A DNA stretch of 64,000 bases from Microbotryum violaceum (Eukaryota). Position 1 is the stretch's first letter. Every line of letters begins with the position of its first letter. The stretch is from positions 2,108,001 to 2,172,000 of the forward strand of contig CDLV01000008.1 of NCBI GenBank assembly GCA_001244265.2, read 5' to 3'. A program made the translations under genes and the position numbers. Below the pieces are notes generated by a model. The model did no database searches. It was not told the DNA's origin and saw only the letters and a list, made by a program, of their open reading frames with translations. This document shows positions 63,401-64,000 of the stretch, piece by piece.

Positions 63401-64000
63401 TGGCCGAAACCAAAAGCGAAGCTTTTGAGCTCGTCGACGTTGGCACCGACGAGGTTCGAGGTGCCGGTCAGCGGGGATTGGTGATTCAAACGACGACGTT
63501 GTCGAGGAGAAGAAGCGGCGCCGGCGGCACCCGCTGCGCCGGCGCTACCAGCTTCGGTCAAGTGGGGCATGGGGATGGGGAGCGAACCAGCGCTCGTGGA
63601 AAGGACCGGTCGCTGGCCCATGTCGATGCCGGCACCGAACGGGCCGGGCGATGCACCGTGGATGGAACCGCTCTCCTCTGATTCGGCCTTGCTGCTCACC
63701 CGCGGCCCACCGAAGCCGGAAGGATCCAATGCGAGCGACGTGCCGACTCCACCGCCCACGAGACCAGTCATGTTCGTCCCGAACGCGAGATCGTCGTCGT
63801 GGAACCACGAAGGTCGAGTGTTGAAATCGAGCCCAGGAGTCTGGGCAGCCGCGGTCGATGTCGAGGCGGGAAATACAGCGGGTGCGGCTTCCTCGGCTCT
63901 CTTCCATGACTTACGCGGTTTCGCACCCGGTGCTGCGGTCGACGCAGCTTTGAGGTCGTTGGTCAAGACGTCGCGGGCTTCCTCGTCGCCTGAGAGAGAG
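60486..64000 (-). CDS. Fungal-specific transcription factor (Fungal_trans middle homology region), 5' end outside window, multi-exon
   Basis: YHGRSSG, LLDLYWTYVHPHFPIV, TVQSLLLLAYRE, WLYTGM|AIRMAQDLGLFRD, RKRVWWGCIILDRY..IGRP, LILLHRPFI. Confidence 0.9.

Overview
Eukaryotic fungal genomic DNA, most likely a basidiomycete yeast (GC-rich genes with short GT-AG introns; the lineage is an inference). Bases 1-25604 form a giant, near-perfect inverted repeat: arms 1-12244 and 13366-25604 around a 1.1 kb spacer. Each arm carries an intron-containing tRNA-Thr(AGT) gene pointing to the centre. About 75 bp upstream of each tRNA, a head-to-tail array of two distinct L1/Tx1-like non-LTR retrotransposon families begins (here called A and B). 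On the right the array runs 19.4 kb (13889-33294), with about 9-10 stacked full-length, 5'-truncated and micro copies. All have their 5' ends towards the tRNA and are joined at poly(A) tails. A Ty1/Copia element with a half-tRNA-iMet PBS and a 5-bp TSD follows 22 bp later. Then come host genes (BTB/POZ protein, RBR E3 ligase, REG1-like, MAK16), a degenerate 6.6 kb TIR element with a KDZ-transposase-like remnant, and a partial fungal transcription factor. The best candidate for an undescribed system is a pair of co-stacking, apparently tRNA-gene-targeted LINEs (TRE5-like behaviour in a fungus). They share an ORF1/ORF2 coupling signal and an ORF1 C-terminal motif, each has a structured 3' end, and they sit in a centromere-like tRNA-bounded palindrome. 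Most frameshifts fall in homopolymers and are probably sequencing errors.
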